A stretch of DNA of 64,000 nucleotides. Source: an uncultured Candidatus Rokubacteria bacterium. GTDB lineage: Bacteria > Methylomirabilota > Methylomirabilia > Rokubacteriales > CSP1-6. Position 1 is the stretch's first letter; each line of letters begins with the position of its first letter. The position numbers and the translations under genes were made by a program. Positions 48,011 to 57,482 of the stretch are shown here, one piece after another. The stretch covers positions 32,001-96,000 of the forward strand of contig CAVWWD010000008.1 of NCBI GenBank assembly GCA_963758635.1, written 5' to 3'. The notes beneath the pieces were generated by a model, which was not told the DNA's origin, ran no database searches, and was given only the letters and a program-made list of their open reading frames with translations.

Positions 48011-49208
48011 CTACCGGGCCACCCCGAACGCCGCGGCCTTCCACTGCGGGTCGTCGGAGCCGTCCAGCCGCGCGCGCACGCGACGCAGGAGCTGACCGGC
48101 CGCCGTCTCGCCCCAGAACCAGCGGAGGATCTCGTCGCCGCCGCTCCCGGCCTTCATGGCGATCCGGCCCTCCGCGTAGAGCGTCTTGAGGTCGTCCGCG
48201 CAGTGGCGCACGAAGGCGGGCAGCGGGAGGTCGGCCGGGCGCTCGGGCATGTCGGCGCCCTCTTCGCCCGCGGCGAAGGCCTCGAGGAAGCGGACCACGC
48301 CGCGGAAGCGCGTGGCGGGAATGCCGGAGAGCCCCAGCGCGGTGCGGCCGCCGGTTCGCTCCATCCACTGCTCGTGATACCGGCGCATCTGCATCGTCTC
48401 GAGGGCCACGTCGTCGGGAATGCCCGCGGCCGGGCTCACCGCCGAGGCCTGCGTGGGCGCGGCGGGCTCATCGCCGGGCTCCGCGTCGTCGGGGAAGTCG
48501 CGGAGGACGGGGCCCGACGCCTCGGCGAGCAGCGCGAGCGCGGCCCCGAGCACGCGATGCTGGAGGGCGACGTCCCCGGGCCGGCCGAGGGCGTGGCCGT
48601 AGGGGAACGGCACGAAGAGGGCGCGCGGCGGCTTCACCTTCTCCGTGTGCTCGCGCACCATGCTGATCGAACGTCGTGGCCACGCCTTCGGTCTCGAGCG
48701 CTCGGGCGAGCACACCGCCGGTGTGCGTGCAGAGCGGTCAGGTGGGGGTGATCAGAGCCGCGTGCACGCCGTCCTCGCGCAGCCGGCGCCCCACCTCCGG
48801 CCCCGTCTCGCGCTCGAGCCTTGCTGCGTCGCGGAGCGCGCCCATGAACGAGTAGTGCCGCGGCGCCACCCCGCCCACCTCCCCGCGCGCGACCAGCTCG
48901 CGCAGCCGGTCGATCGGATAGGTCACGTTCAGGTCGCGCATGATCGCCGTGCGGTCGAACCCGAGGCTGGTGTGGCTCTGGAGGATGTCGGCGGCCGGCG
49001 CGTCGCCGGCGAGCACGCGGTAGCCCTGCTCCCCGGGGGCGAAGGGCCGGTCGCTCCGGAGGTGGAGGCCCGCGGTCGTGACGATGGCGATCCGGCACCC
49101 CGCGAGCGGCTTCGCCGGGCGCGTCCAGGGCGCCGTGTCGTTCACCTGCGCGGGGAACGTGACCAGCGTGCTGCGATTTGCCTGTGGCAGTCGCTCCAGT
49201 CGTGGCAT
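48011..49208 (-). CDS. Glycine/betaine/sarcosine/D-proline reductase selenoprotein B-like protein; Sec at TGA 48738-48740, extra base near 48671
   Basis: IAIVTTAG, DLNVTYPIDRL, HYSFMG, then ITPT-UGA-PLCTHTGGVLARALE..G..T, then PPRALFVPFPYGHALG. Confidence 0.85.
48710..48726 (-). promoter_or_regulatory. Candidate bacterial SECIS hairpin
   Basis: mRNA reads UGA + 11 nt + GCACACC-GGC-GGUGUGC, a perfect stem with a G-containing loop. Confidence 0.7.
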
Positions 49209-49353
49209 GGGTTCGCCTCCAGTCGCGTGAGCGTATCACGACGCTGGCGGCGGGCCGCCGCGCCTGGCCGTGAGACGCGCGGACGCGAGCGCCGGGTTCG
49301 GAGCCCTTCGCCGTTGACCCCGGGCGGAGCGCCGTGGAGAATGGCGCCGCCTC

Positions 49354-50033
49354 ATGGCACGCGACAATCAGTTCGCCCGCCAGTGGACGCTGTTGCGGCA
49401 CCTCGGCGCCGGGGGGCTGGCCGTGGACGACGCCGCGCGCCGCCTGGGCTGCACGACCCGCACCGTGTGGCGGGACCTCCACGTGCTCCAGGATGAGACG
49501 CTCCAGCCCGGAGATGCCCGTGTGCATCTCCGCGATGGCGTGCGCGAGGGGGGCGAGTCCCTCGTGACGCCGCGCGAGGCGGCCCTGTCGCTGGCCGAGT
49601 GCGCTTCCCTTCCGTGCCCGGCCGCGCCCGTCCGCGTGAGGTTCGTCAGCCAGACGCGCCTCAAGGAGGGTGGGGCCTTCGCCCGCCGGCCCGAGTTCCA
49701 GCTTCTCTTCCGGGCCTCCTCGGGCGCCTGTCCTCCCTGGCCCGCTTTCACGGCACGGGCCCGCTGGACGTGAACTCTCGCCGCCTCATCGACGCCGCTG
49801 CCGCCGTGCGCCTCGCGCGCGACGACACGCGCTGGACGCACTGGGCCCGGTACTCGGGGCGCCAGGACCGGCGCATGGAGTGGGACGGCCTCGTCGGCGA
49901 GGCCGACTACGAGGGCGGTCTCCGCGCGTTCTGGCCCTACCTCGCGTTCGGCCAGTGGACCCACGTCGGGAGCGACACCACGTTCGGACTCGGAGGCTAC
50001 CGCGTCCAGACCGCGGCCGCGGAGGCATCATGA
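49354..50033 (+). pseudogene. cas6: WYL-type N-terminal HTH fused to the C-terminal half of Cas6; frameshift near 49714
   Basis: GCTTRTVWRDLHVLQ HTH; VRFVSQTRLK, W.RYSGRQ..RM..DGLVG and Gly-rich loop HVGSDTTFGLG. Confidence 0.75.
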
Positions 50034-50193
50034 GGGCAACTGGCCGCAACGATCTTTGCCCCTGCGGGAGCGGGAAAAGGTGGTCTCGCTCCTCAAGAGC
50101 ATGGAGAGCGCCGCCGAGCGACAGCGCCAGGCGGGAGTGCCCGCCTACGACTTCGGATGGATGTGGGGGGAGTTGGGCACGTTGCCGGGGTAG
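50030..50193 (+). pseudogene. Collapsed SEC-C motif gene (N-terminus joined to C-terminus)
   Basis: MRATGRNDLCPCGSGK, then in another frame REKVVSLLKSME...PAYDFGWMWGELG..TAG. Confidence 0.65.
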
Positions 50194-50375
50194 CATCGCC
50201 GGGGGGCGCAGGTTGCCACGACGCCCAGCGCAGGACTTGTCGACCTCGGCCGTCTCGAAGGGGGCGCCATTGGGCGTTGTCAACACCGGCCCTGGATTCA
50301 GTGAGTACCGGGGTGGGGGTGGGGGAGGCTGATCACGACAGTGGAATCGTTCAAGGGTCAAGCTGGCGAGGGCGC

Positions 50376-50858
50376 ATGGATCGCGTGGCTCTAGCTGACG
50401 GCTTCCGGGCAGAGCTGGAGGGCTACGTCGAGCTCCTGGACGCCAGGTTCGGAGGCGATGTGGTCAGCGTGGTGGTTTTTGGTTCCCGGGCGCGGGGCGC
50501 CGCCCGGGCCGGGAGCGACCTGGACCTGCTCGTCGTCGCGCGCGGCCTGCCGGTGAGGCGGTGGGCGCGGTACGAGCCGTTCCTTTCTGCTGCGCGCGCG
50601 GTGTCGGACGAGTTCGCGGGGGCGCTGTCGGTCATCGCGCTCACGCCGGAAGAGGCGACCACTGTCCGCCCGTACTACCTCGGAATGCTGTCCGGGCACA
50701 TCACCCTGCGCGACCGGGACCACTTCTTCGAGAGCGTCCTGGCCCGGCTTCAGGGACGCCTCCACGAGCTGGGGGCGCGGCGGTACGTGGACGCGGACGG
50801 CTACGAGTACTGGGACCTCAAGCCGGACTGGAAGCCGGGCGACGTGGTGACGTTGTGA
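50376..50858 (+). CDS. Minimal nucleotidyltransferase (MNT) antitoxin
   Basis: VVFGSRARG and SDLDLLVV. Confidence 0.88.
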   Translation: MDRVALADGFRAELEGYVELLDARFGGDVVSVVVFGSRARGAARAGSDLDLLVVARGLPVRRWARYEPFLSAARAVSDEFAGALSVIALTPEEATTVRPYYLGMLSGHITLRDRDHFFESVLARLQGRLHELGARRYVDADGYEYWDLKPDWKPGDVVTL

Positions 50859-51283
50859 CGTCGGACCACATGGCGCGGGACTACCTGCGCCGGGCGCAGG
50901 TGCGCCGGCAGGCCCTGGATGCGTTTCTCGCCGGCGGCCTTCACGGAGAGATCATGCGCCAGGCCCAGGAGATCGTGGAGCTCGTCCTGAAGGGCGCTCT
51001 CCGCCTCGTGGGTGTCGATCCGCCCAAGCGCCACGGGGTTCAGGAGGTAGTGGGCCAGTTCGTGACCCGCCTGCCGGCCGAGTGGGCCGTTGCCATGAGC
51101 GAGCTCGCGGTGACGATCGCTCGCCTCGACGCGGAGAGGGGGCGGGCCTTCTACGGCGACGAAGCGACGGGCACGCCGTCGTCGGACCTGTACGGAAGGG
51201 AGGAAGCTCTCGAGGCCCTCAGCGTCGCCGACCGATTCCTCGCCATGTACGAGCGACTCCTGGCGACGGAGCGGAGGGCATGA
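50855..51283 (+). CDS. HEPN domain protein
   Basis: AQEIVELVLKGAL..G.DPPKRH and RGRAFYG; GTGA overlap with the MNT gene. Confidence 0.85.
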   Translation: MTSDHMARDYLRRAQVRRQALDAFLAGGLHGEIMRQAQEIVELVLKGALRLVGVDPPKRHGVQEVVGQFVTRLPAEWAVAMSELAVTIARLDAERGRAFYGDEATGTPSSDLYGREEALEALSVADRFLAMYERLLATERRA

Positions 51284-51307
51284 CGACCGTCGTTGTCACC
51301 GGGCTCG

Positions 51308-51655
51308 TCATCGGCCGAGCACAACGTCGATGCCGCTCATCACCTGGGCGAAGTACTTTGGGGAGAGCTTGGCGGCGCGCTCGGTGAGAAACGCTCGATC
51401 GACGGTGACGATCTGCGACGCATTGGCCACCGAATCTTTCGGGAGACCCGCGGCGTTTGCCGGGAGGAGCACGTTCCCGGGCGCCCGGGCCCAGGTCACA
51501 TTGCTCGTCAACGGCACGCAGACGACCGTGGCGATCCGGCTGCGATTCAGGGGATTCCCTTGCACGATCACCACGGGCCGTCGGAAGCCCGGAGCCGAGC
51601 CCGCGGGAACAGGCAGATCGGCCCACCAGACCTCGCCCTGCGAGACGTCTACCAC
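51308..51655 (-). CDS. mazF: PemK/MazF-family toxin
   Basis: GEVWWADL, PGFRRPVVIVQ, VPLTSN and GLPKDSVANASQ. Confidence 0.92.
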   Translation of the reverse strand: MVDVSQGEVWWADLPVPAGSAPGFRRPVVIVQGNPLNRSRIATVVCVPLTSNVTWARAPGNVLLPANAAGLPKDSVANASQIVTVDRAFLTERAAKLSPKYFAQVMSGIDVVLGR

Positions 51656-51885
51656 TCGCTTCGCTCCAGGATGCGCCGCGTCGCGGCCGTGACGAACGCG
51701 TCCGTGGGCTCGGGCAGCTGGTCAATCGCCTGGTTCATGGCTTCGGTGACCTCGTCGGGTGCATGCCGCGAGAGGTACTCCGAGAGCGCCTCGGCGTAGA
51801 GTTGGCTGCGCGACTTCCGCGCCCGGCGCGCGTGCCGTTCAGCCGCGTGGAAGACGTCGTCTGGAAGGGAGATCGCCGTTTTCAT
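51649..51885 (-). CDS. RHH antitoxin of the MazF toxin
   Basis: MKTAISLPDDVF..AE...SRSQLY; overlaps the toxin start. Confidence 0.88.
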   Translation of the reverse strand: MKTAISLPDDVFHAAERHARRARKSRSQLYAEALSEYLSRHAPDEVTEAMNQAIDQLPEPTDAFVTAATRRILERSEW

Positions 51886-52016
51886 ACCGAGAGTATAACC
51901 TCCAAGGTCCCCCGTGCCAACCGGCGCATGCCCCGAGTCTACCTCCGCGTCCAGCGGGGAGTGCTATCCTCCGGGCCATGCTTTGCGAAGCGAGCCGATA
52001 GGCGAGCGGAGCGCAC

Positions 52017-53261
52017 ATGGAGGCGCAAGTGAAGCCGACGACCCCCGGCACGGACAGTCAGCTCGCGGGCATCCGCGTCGTGGACCTCACGCGGATCCTG
52101 TCTGGGCCGTTCTGCACGATGCTACTCGCCGACCTCGGCGCCGACGTGATCAAGATCGAGACGCCCGACGGCGGTGACTCCGTGCGCCGGCAGGGCGCGG
52201 TGCGGGACGGGCTCTCGTGGTACTTCGCGGCGTTCAACCGCAACAAGCGCTCGGTGGTGCTGGACCTGCGCGCGGCCGCGGGCAAGGGCCTTCTCGAGCG
52301 CCTGATCGCCAGCGCCGACGTGGTGGTGGAGAACTACCGCGCAGGCGTGCTCGAGGAGATGGGCTTCGGGTTCGACCGGCTCCGCGAGATCAAGCCCGAC
52401 ATCGTCGTCTGCAGCATCTCGGGCTTCGGCCAGACCGGGCCGTACCGCGACCGGCCCGCCTTCGACTTCATCGCCCAGGCGATGAGCGGGCTCATGAGCG
52501 TCAACGGCGAGGAGGACGGGCCGCCGCTCCGGAGCGGGCTGCCGCTCACCGACCTCGTGGCCGGGCTCTACGCCGCCCTCGGCGTGGTCGCCGCGCTCGT
52601 GCGCCGCCAGCGCACCGGCGCGCCGGAGCGGGTGGACACCGCCATGCTCGACGGGCTCGTGAGCTTTGCCGCGTACATCGGCGCCGAGACGCTCGCCACC
52701 GGCCGGCCGCCCCGCCGCTCGGGCAACGACCACCCGATCGTGGCCCCGTACGGCCTCTTCGCGGCGGAGGACGGCGACATCGCCATCGCGCCCGCCAACG
52801 ATCAGGTCTACCACCGCCTGCTCGACGCGCTGGACCTCACCGAGCTGAAGGCGCATCCGGACTTCGCGACGAACGATCTGCGCGTCCGGCACCGCGCGCG
52901 CATCAACGCGCTGGTGGGCGCGCGCATCGCGCTCGGCACGCAGGCGGCGTGGATCGAGCGTCTGAACCGGGCGGGCGTTCCGTGTGGGCGCGTGATGGAT
53001 TTCGCCGAGGTGTTCGCCGATCCGCAGATCGCGGCCCGCGACATGGTGCTCTCGGTGCCGCATCCCGGGCGCGGCACCGTGCGGATGCCCGGCTTCCCGA
53101 TCAAGTTCGGCGAGGGGCCCTGCCGCATCCGGCGGCCCGCGCCCGAGCTGGGCGCCGATACCGACGACGTGCTGCGCGAGCTGGGCGTGGACGGAGCCGA
53201 GCTGGATCGGCTCCGGGGCCGCGGCGTCGTCGGCGCGCGGCACGCCGCCGCGGCATCGTGA
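52017..53261 (+). CDS. Family III CoA-transferase (CaiB/BaiF)
   Basis: LADLGADVIKIE, NRNKRS, ENYR, ISGFGQTGP and APELG. Confidence 0.93.
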   Translation: MEAQVKPTTPGTDSQLAGIRVVDLTRILSGPFCTMLLADLGADVIKIETPDGGDSVRRQGAVRDGLSWYFAAFNRNKRSVVLDLRAAAGKGLLERLIASADVVVENYRAGVLEEMGFGFDRLREIKPDIVVCSISGFGQTGPYRDRPAFDFIAQAMSGLMSVNGEEDGPPLRSGLPLTDLVAGLYAALGVVAALVRRQRTGAPERVDTAMLDGLVSFAAYIGAETLATGRPPRRSGNDHPIVAPYGLFAAEDGDIAIAPANDQVYHRLLDALDLTELKAHPDFATNDLRVRHRARINALVGARIALGTQAAWIERLNRAGVPCGRVMDFAEVFADPQIAARDMVLSVPHPGRGTVRMPGFPIKFGEGPCRIRRPAPELGADTDDVLRELGVDGAELDRLRGRGVVGARHAAAAS

Positions 53262-53307
53262 GCCCCGGCGTGAGCCCGAGGACGACCGCGAGAGAGGAGC
53301 GCGCGCC

Positions 53308-54735
53308 ATGCTGGACCTGATCATCCGTGGTGGCGACGTGGTGACCCCGCAGGGCGTGGGGAAGTGGGACGTGGCCGTGAAGGGCGAGCGCATCGTGGCG
53401 GTGGGGCTGCCCGAGGCCGGTGTCGAGGCCGGCCGCGTGATCGACGCCACCGGCACGGTCGTGGCGCCGGGCGGCATCGAGCCCCACACGCACCTGGCCC
53501 ACTTCATCGCGATGCAGCCGGAGGCCAACGAGTTCACGCTCGGGCCCGAGGAGGACACGCGGGGCATGGTCTACGGGGGCACCACCACCCACGTGGACTT
53601 CTGCTTCGTCCGGCCCGGCCTGGACATCGCGAAGGCCATCGAGCAGCGCGTGGCCCGCTGGAAGGGCAACTCCTACGCGGACTACGCCTTCCACGTGTGC
53701 CTGCAAGGCACGCTTCCCATCAAGCTCTTCGACCAGATCCCCGAGGCCATCGCCGAGGGCTTCCCGAGCTTCAAGGTGTTCACGGTCAACGTGCTGCCGC
53801 CGCATCCCAAGCGGCACCCGTACCGGCTCGACTTCGGCCGGATCCAGCTCGCCATGGAGAAGGTCGCCAGGCACGGCGGCATCATGGCCGTGCACGCCGA
53901 GGACGAGGACGTCGTGCAGTTCAACTACGAGAAGTTCCGCGAGGAGATGCGCACCGAGGGCTGGCTCCTCCCCGAGGTGCACAACAAGCTGTCCGAGCTC
54001 CTGGCCTTCACGCGCACGATCCAGCTCGCCCGGCACACCGGGGCCGGGGTCTACTTCGTGCACACCTCCGCGAAGGAGGCGGTGGAGGCGGTGGCGGAGG
54101 CGCGCAGCAAGGGCCTGCCGATCTACGCCGAGACCCTGCACCACTACACGTGCTTCACCGCCGAGGACTACAAGACCCCGCGCGGCTTCTGCTACCACAC
54201 CTATCCGTCGCTGAAGTACCCGGAGGACCAGGCCGCGCTGTGGAACGGCCTCGTGCAGGACGGCGTGTCGACGGTCGCCACCGACGAGTTCCCGACCTCG
54301 CTCGAGCTGAAGCTCCGGGGCAAGGAGCTGGAGAACGTGACGGGGGGCAACCTGGGCGCGGAGGCCCGTGTGGGCATCGTGTGGAGCGAGGGGGTGGTCA
54401 AGCGCGGCATGTCGCTCCAGCGCTTCGCCGAGGTCACGTCCACCAATGCCGCGCGCATCCTGGGGCTCTACCCGAGGAAGGGCGTGATCGCGCCGGGGAG
54501 CGACGCCGACCTGGTGCTGATCGATCCCGCGGTGGACAAGACGCTCGCCCGCGAGGACTTCCACGTGTCGGACTACAGCCCGTGGGAAGGCTGGAAGGTG
54601 AAGGGCTGGCCGGTGACCACGATCCTGCGCGGCAAGGTCGTGGTGGACAACGGCAAGCTCCTCGGCAGCCCCGCGGACGGCAAGCTCGCTCCGCGCAAGA
54701 TCTCGCCCGAGGTGCTCCGGAAGGCCGCGTGCTAG
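53308..54735 (+). CDS. Dihydropyrimidinase/hydantoinase-like cyclic amidohydrolase
   Basis: PGGIEPHTH, GGTTT, SFK, VHAE, ATDE and GSDADLV. Confidence 0.88.
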   Translation: MLDLIIRGGDVVTPQGVGKWDVAVKGERIVAVGLPEAGVEAGRVIDATGTVVAPGGIEPHTHLAHFIAMQPEANEFTLGPEEDTRGMVYGGTTTHVDFCFVRPGLDIAKAIEQRVARWKGNSYADYAFHVCLQGTLPIKLFDQIPEAIAEGFPSFKVFTVNVLPPHPKRHPYRLDFGRIQLAMEKVARHGGIMAVHAEDEDVVQFNYEKFREEMRTEGWLLPEVHNKLSELLAFTRTIQLARHTGAGVYFVHTSAKEAVEAVAEARSKGLPIYAETLHHYTCFTAEDYKTPRGFCYHTYPSLKYPEDQAALWNGLVQDGVSTVATDEFPTSLELKLRGKELENVTGGNLGAEARVGIVWSEGVVKRGMSLQRFAEVTSTNAARILGLYPRKGVIAPGSDADLVLIDPAVDKTLAREDFHVSDYSPWEGWKVKGWPVTTILRGKVVVDNGKLLGSPADGKLAPRKISPEVLRKAAC

Positions 54736-54760
54736 CCGGCGTCGCTCTCCGGAGGCCACG

Positions 54761-54950
54761 ATGAGCGAGCTGACGCCCGCAGGAGGTCCACGCCATGGCG
54801 ACGGCCCTCGGGCTCTCGCTGGCCGGCGAGGACCTCACCGAGGTCACGCACCGCCTGAACGGTCTCCTCGAGGCCCTTCGGCCGCTCGACGACCTGCCGC
54901 TGGACGACGTGGAGCCGCTGCCGATCCTGCCGGACGAAGGCGCGCGATGA
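54761..54950 (+). CDS. Small GatC/AtzG-like protein; extra C near 54778
   Basis: Corrected frame MSELTPQEVHAMATALGLSLAGEDLTEVTHRLNGLLEALRPLDDLPLDDVEP...; ATGA overlap with the amidase. Confidence 0.7.
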
Positions 54951-56359
54951 GCGACGACCTGGCGTTCGCCGACGCCGTCACGCTCGCCGCGCGCGTGCGC
55001 GACCGCTCCGTGTCGCCCGTCGAGCTTGTGCGCGCGTATCTCGATCGCATCGACCGCCTCGACGGCCGGCTCCGCGCGTACATCACGGTGTGCCGCGATG
55101 CCGCGCTCCAGGCGGCGCGTCGCGCCGAGGCGGAGGTGGCGCGGGGCGACTTGCTCGGGACGCTCCACGGCGTGCCCTTCGCGGTGAAGGACCAGTTCGA
55201 CACCGCTGGCGTCCTCACCACCATGGGGTCGCGGCTGATGGCCGACCGCGTTCCCCGGGAGACGGCCACGCTGGTCGAGCGCCTCGAGGCCGCGGGCGCC
55301 ATCCTGCTCGGCAAGCTCAACCTCACCGAGTTCGCGCTCGGCGGGACCGTGGAATTCCCGTATGGCCAGCCGCGCAACCCGTGGAACACCGACCACGATC
55401 CGGGCGGATCGTCGTCCGGATCCGGCATCGCGGTGGCCGCCGGCCTGTGCGCCTTCGCGCTCGGCGAGGACACCGGCGGCTCGGTGCGGTCCCCCGCGTC
55501 GTTCTGCGGCGTGGTGGGCCTCCGGCCGACGTGGGGCCGACTCTCCCGTCACGGCGTGGTGCCCCTCTGCTGGTCCATGGACACGCCGGGACCGCTCACG
55601 CGCACGGTGGAGGACACCGCGCTCGTGATGCAGGTGATCGCCGGCCACGACCCCCGCGACCCGACCACCAGCCGCCGGAGCGTGCCGGATCATCGCGCGG
55701 CGCTCGGCGCGGGCGTGCGCGGGCTCCGGATCGGCGTCGCGCGTGAGCTGGTCGCTTCGCCGGACGTGGACGCGGAGGTGCGCGACGGGCTCGCCGCCGC
55801 CCTCGGCGTGCTGAAGGGCCTGGGAGCGATGGTGGAGGAAGTCTCGCTGCCGCTCCTGCCGCTGGCCGGCGCGGTGTTCATGACGCTGGCCGACTCCGAC
55901 GGCGCCGGCTTGCACCAGCCGTGGCTCCGGAGCCGGCCGCAGGACTACGACCGCGGCACGCGGCGCCGCTTGCTCACCGCCAGCCTGATCCCCGCCGCGC
56001 GCTACCACCAGGCGCAGCGCGCGCGGGCGCTCATCCGGCGGCAGCTCCTGGAGGCGCTCGAGCGCTGGGATCTGCTGGCGTGGCCCACCGCGCCCCAGCC
56101 CGCGCCGCCCATCGCGCGCGGCGCCGCTCCGATCACCGCGGCATCGCAGGTGGCGGGGCGGTTCTTCGCGCGTCGCTCCTACGTGGCCCCGGCGTCGCTC
56201 GCGTCGCTGCCCGCCGTGGCCGTGCCTTCGGGGTTCTCGCGCGCGGGCCTGCCGCTGAGCCTGCAGCTCATCGGCCGGCCGTTCGGGGAGGCGCCGCTCC
56301 TCGCCGCGGCCTACGCCTACGAGCAGGCGACCGGCTGGTCGCGCCGCCCGCCCGTCTGA
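54947..56359 (+). CDS. Amidase-signature family enzyme (GatA/AtzE-like)
   Basis: FAVKD, GKLNLTE, PGGSSSGS and DTGGSVRSPA. Confidence 0.93.
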   Translation: MSDDLAFADAVTLAARVRDRSVSPVELVRAYLDRIDRLDGRLRAYITVCRDAALQAARRAEAEVARGDLLGTLHGVPFAVKDQFDTAGVLTTMGSRLMADRVPRETATLVERLEAAGAILLGKLNLTEFALGGTVEFPYGQPRNPWNTDHDPGGSSSGSGIAVAAGLCAFALGEDTGGSVRSPASFCGVVGLRPTWGRLSRHGVVPLCWSMDTPGPLTRTVEDTALVMQVIAGHDPRDPTTSRRSVPDHRAALGAGVRGLRIGVARELVASPDVDAEVRDGLAAALGVLKGLGAMVEEVSLPLLPLAGAVFMTLADSDGAGLHQPWLRSRPQDYDRGTRRRLLTASLIPAARYHQAQRARALIRRQLLEALERWDLLAWPTAPQPAPPIARGAAPITAASQVAGRFFARRSYVAPASLASLPAVAVPSGFSRAGLPLSLQLIGRPFGEAPLLAAAYAYEQATGWSRRPPV

Positions 56360-56411
56360 GCGGCGTGGGGCCCGTCAGCCCGACGTTCGGTCGATCAGGA
56401 GACGCTCAGCC

Positions 56412-57347
56412 TCACGCCAGGGCGAGCGCCACGGCCCGGACCGGCGAGAGGCTCTTCGCCAGCGTGCTCCAGCTTTCCCCGGCGTCCCCGGACACGTAGA
56501 CGCAGCCGTCCTCCGTGCCGATCACCGCCGTGCGGTCTCGCGTGGCGAGGCAGCCGGTGTCGACGTTGTCCGGGAACCAGTCGGGCAGACCCGCGCGGCA
56601 TCGCTCGAAGGGCGCGCCACCCGAGAGCGGGCGATGATACACGCACGCCTGGCGGCCCTGGTAGCTGGTCGCCGCGCTCAGGAGCAGCGTGTCGCCGGCC
56701 ACCGCGACGGCGCGGCAGTAGTGCGCGTGCAGGCCGGCGTTGTCCCAGCGCCAGGTCCGGCCGGCATCCTCGGTGATCCCGAACCCGTCCGCGGCGGCGA
56801 CCACGACCGTGCCGGCGTGGCCGGGCACGGCGAGCACCTGGTGCACGTCGTGCTCGATGTCGAGCGTGGGTGACCATCCCGCGTCGCCCCCGGCGGACCG
56901 CAGCACACCGCCCACGTGCACGTTCACGTAGACGGCGCGGTCACCGTCCGCGCTGATCGACCGCACGTCGGCGGGAGCGCCCCACGGCGTATACCAGGCG
57001 TCACGACCTTCCGCCTCGTCGAACGAGGCGACGGAGACGAGGCGCCCGTGGGTCAGCCGTGCGAGGTGGGCGCGCGCGGTCCCGACGAGGAGCCCGGAGA
57101 CGGTGGAGGCGAGGCAGGTCGCGCGCGGCTTTCCCTTCGCCACCGTCGCGGCGAGCGTCCAGTGAAGCGCGTCCGCGCTCTGCCACAGCTCGCGGCCGTC
57201 GACGATGGCCCACCAGTGCCCGCCGTCCGCGGCGAGCGCCGAGACCTCGCGGCCGGCCAGCTCGTCGACCGCGGCGGCGCGCTCCTCCTTCCAGACGTGG
57301 AGTCCCTCATCCGTGCCCGCGAGGATCGTCGTCCGCTCGTCCGGCAT
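56412..57347 (-). CDS. BNR/Asp-box beta-propeller protein
   Basis: Asp-box-like repeats TEDAGRTW and SGDAGESW; NVHVGGVLRS and DVHQV. Confidence 0.75.
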   Translation of the reverse strand: MPDERTTILAGTDEGLHVWKEERAAAVDELAGREVSALAADGGHWWAIVDGRELWQSADALHWTLAATVAKGKPRATCLASTVSGLLVGTARAHLARLTHGRLVSVASFDEAEGRDAWYTPWGAPADVRSISADGDRAVYVNVHVGGVLRSAGGDAGWSPTLDIEHDVHQVLAVPGHAGTVVVAAADGFGITEDAGRTWRWDNAGLHAHYCRAVAVAGDTLLLSAATSYQGRQACVYHRPLSGGAPFERCRAGLPDWFPDNVDTGCLATRDRTAVIGTEDGCVYVSGDAGESWSTLAKSLSPVRAVALALA

Positions 57348-57425
57348 GCCCGTGTCCTCCTGTTGCGTCCCAGGATACCGCCGCGGCTCTCCCGCTTCAC
57401 GTCAACCCGCGTGCTCGTGCCACCG

Positions 57426-57465
57426 CCCCTCACCCTGACCCTCTCGCCCGAGAGGGGGAGAGGGG
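57426..57465. repeat. CCCTCACCC...CCCTCTC...GAGAGGG palindromic repeat
   Basis: Intergenic hairpin related to 39241-39283. Confidence 0.6.
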
Positions 57466-57482
57466 ATCGGGCGCGGTCGGCC

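Noticed and set aside
49200..52000. CRISPR array near the cas6 fragment
   Set aside because: No regularly spaced direct repeats found by eye on either side
54947..56359. gatA of tRNA-dependent transamidation
   Set aside because: No gatB adjacent and the context is catabolic; kept as a generic amidase
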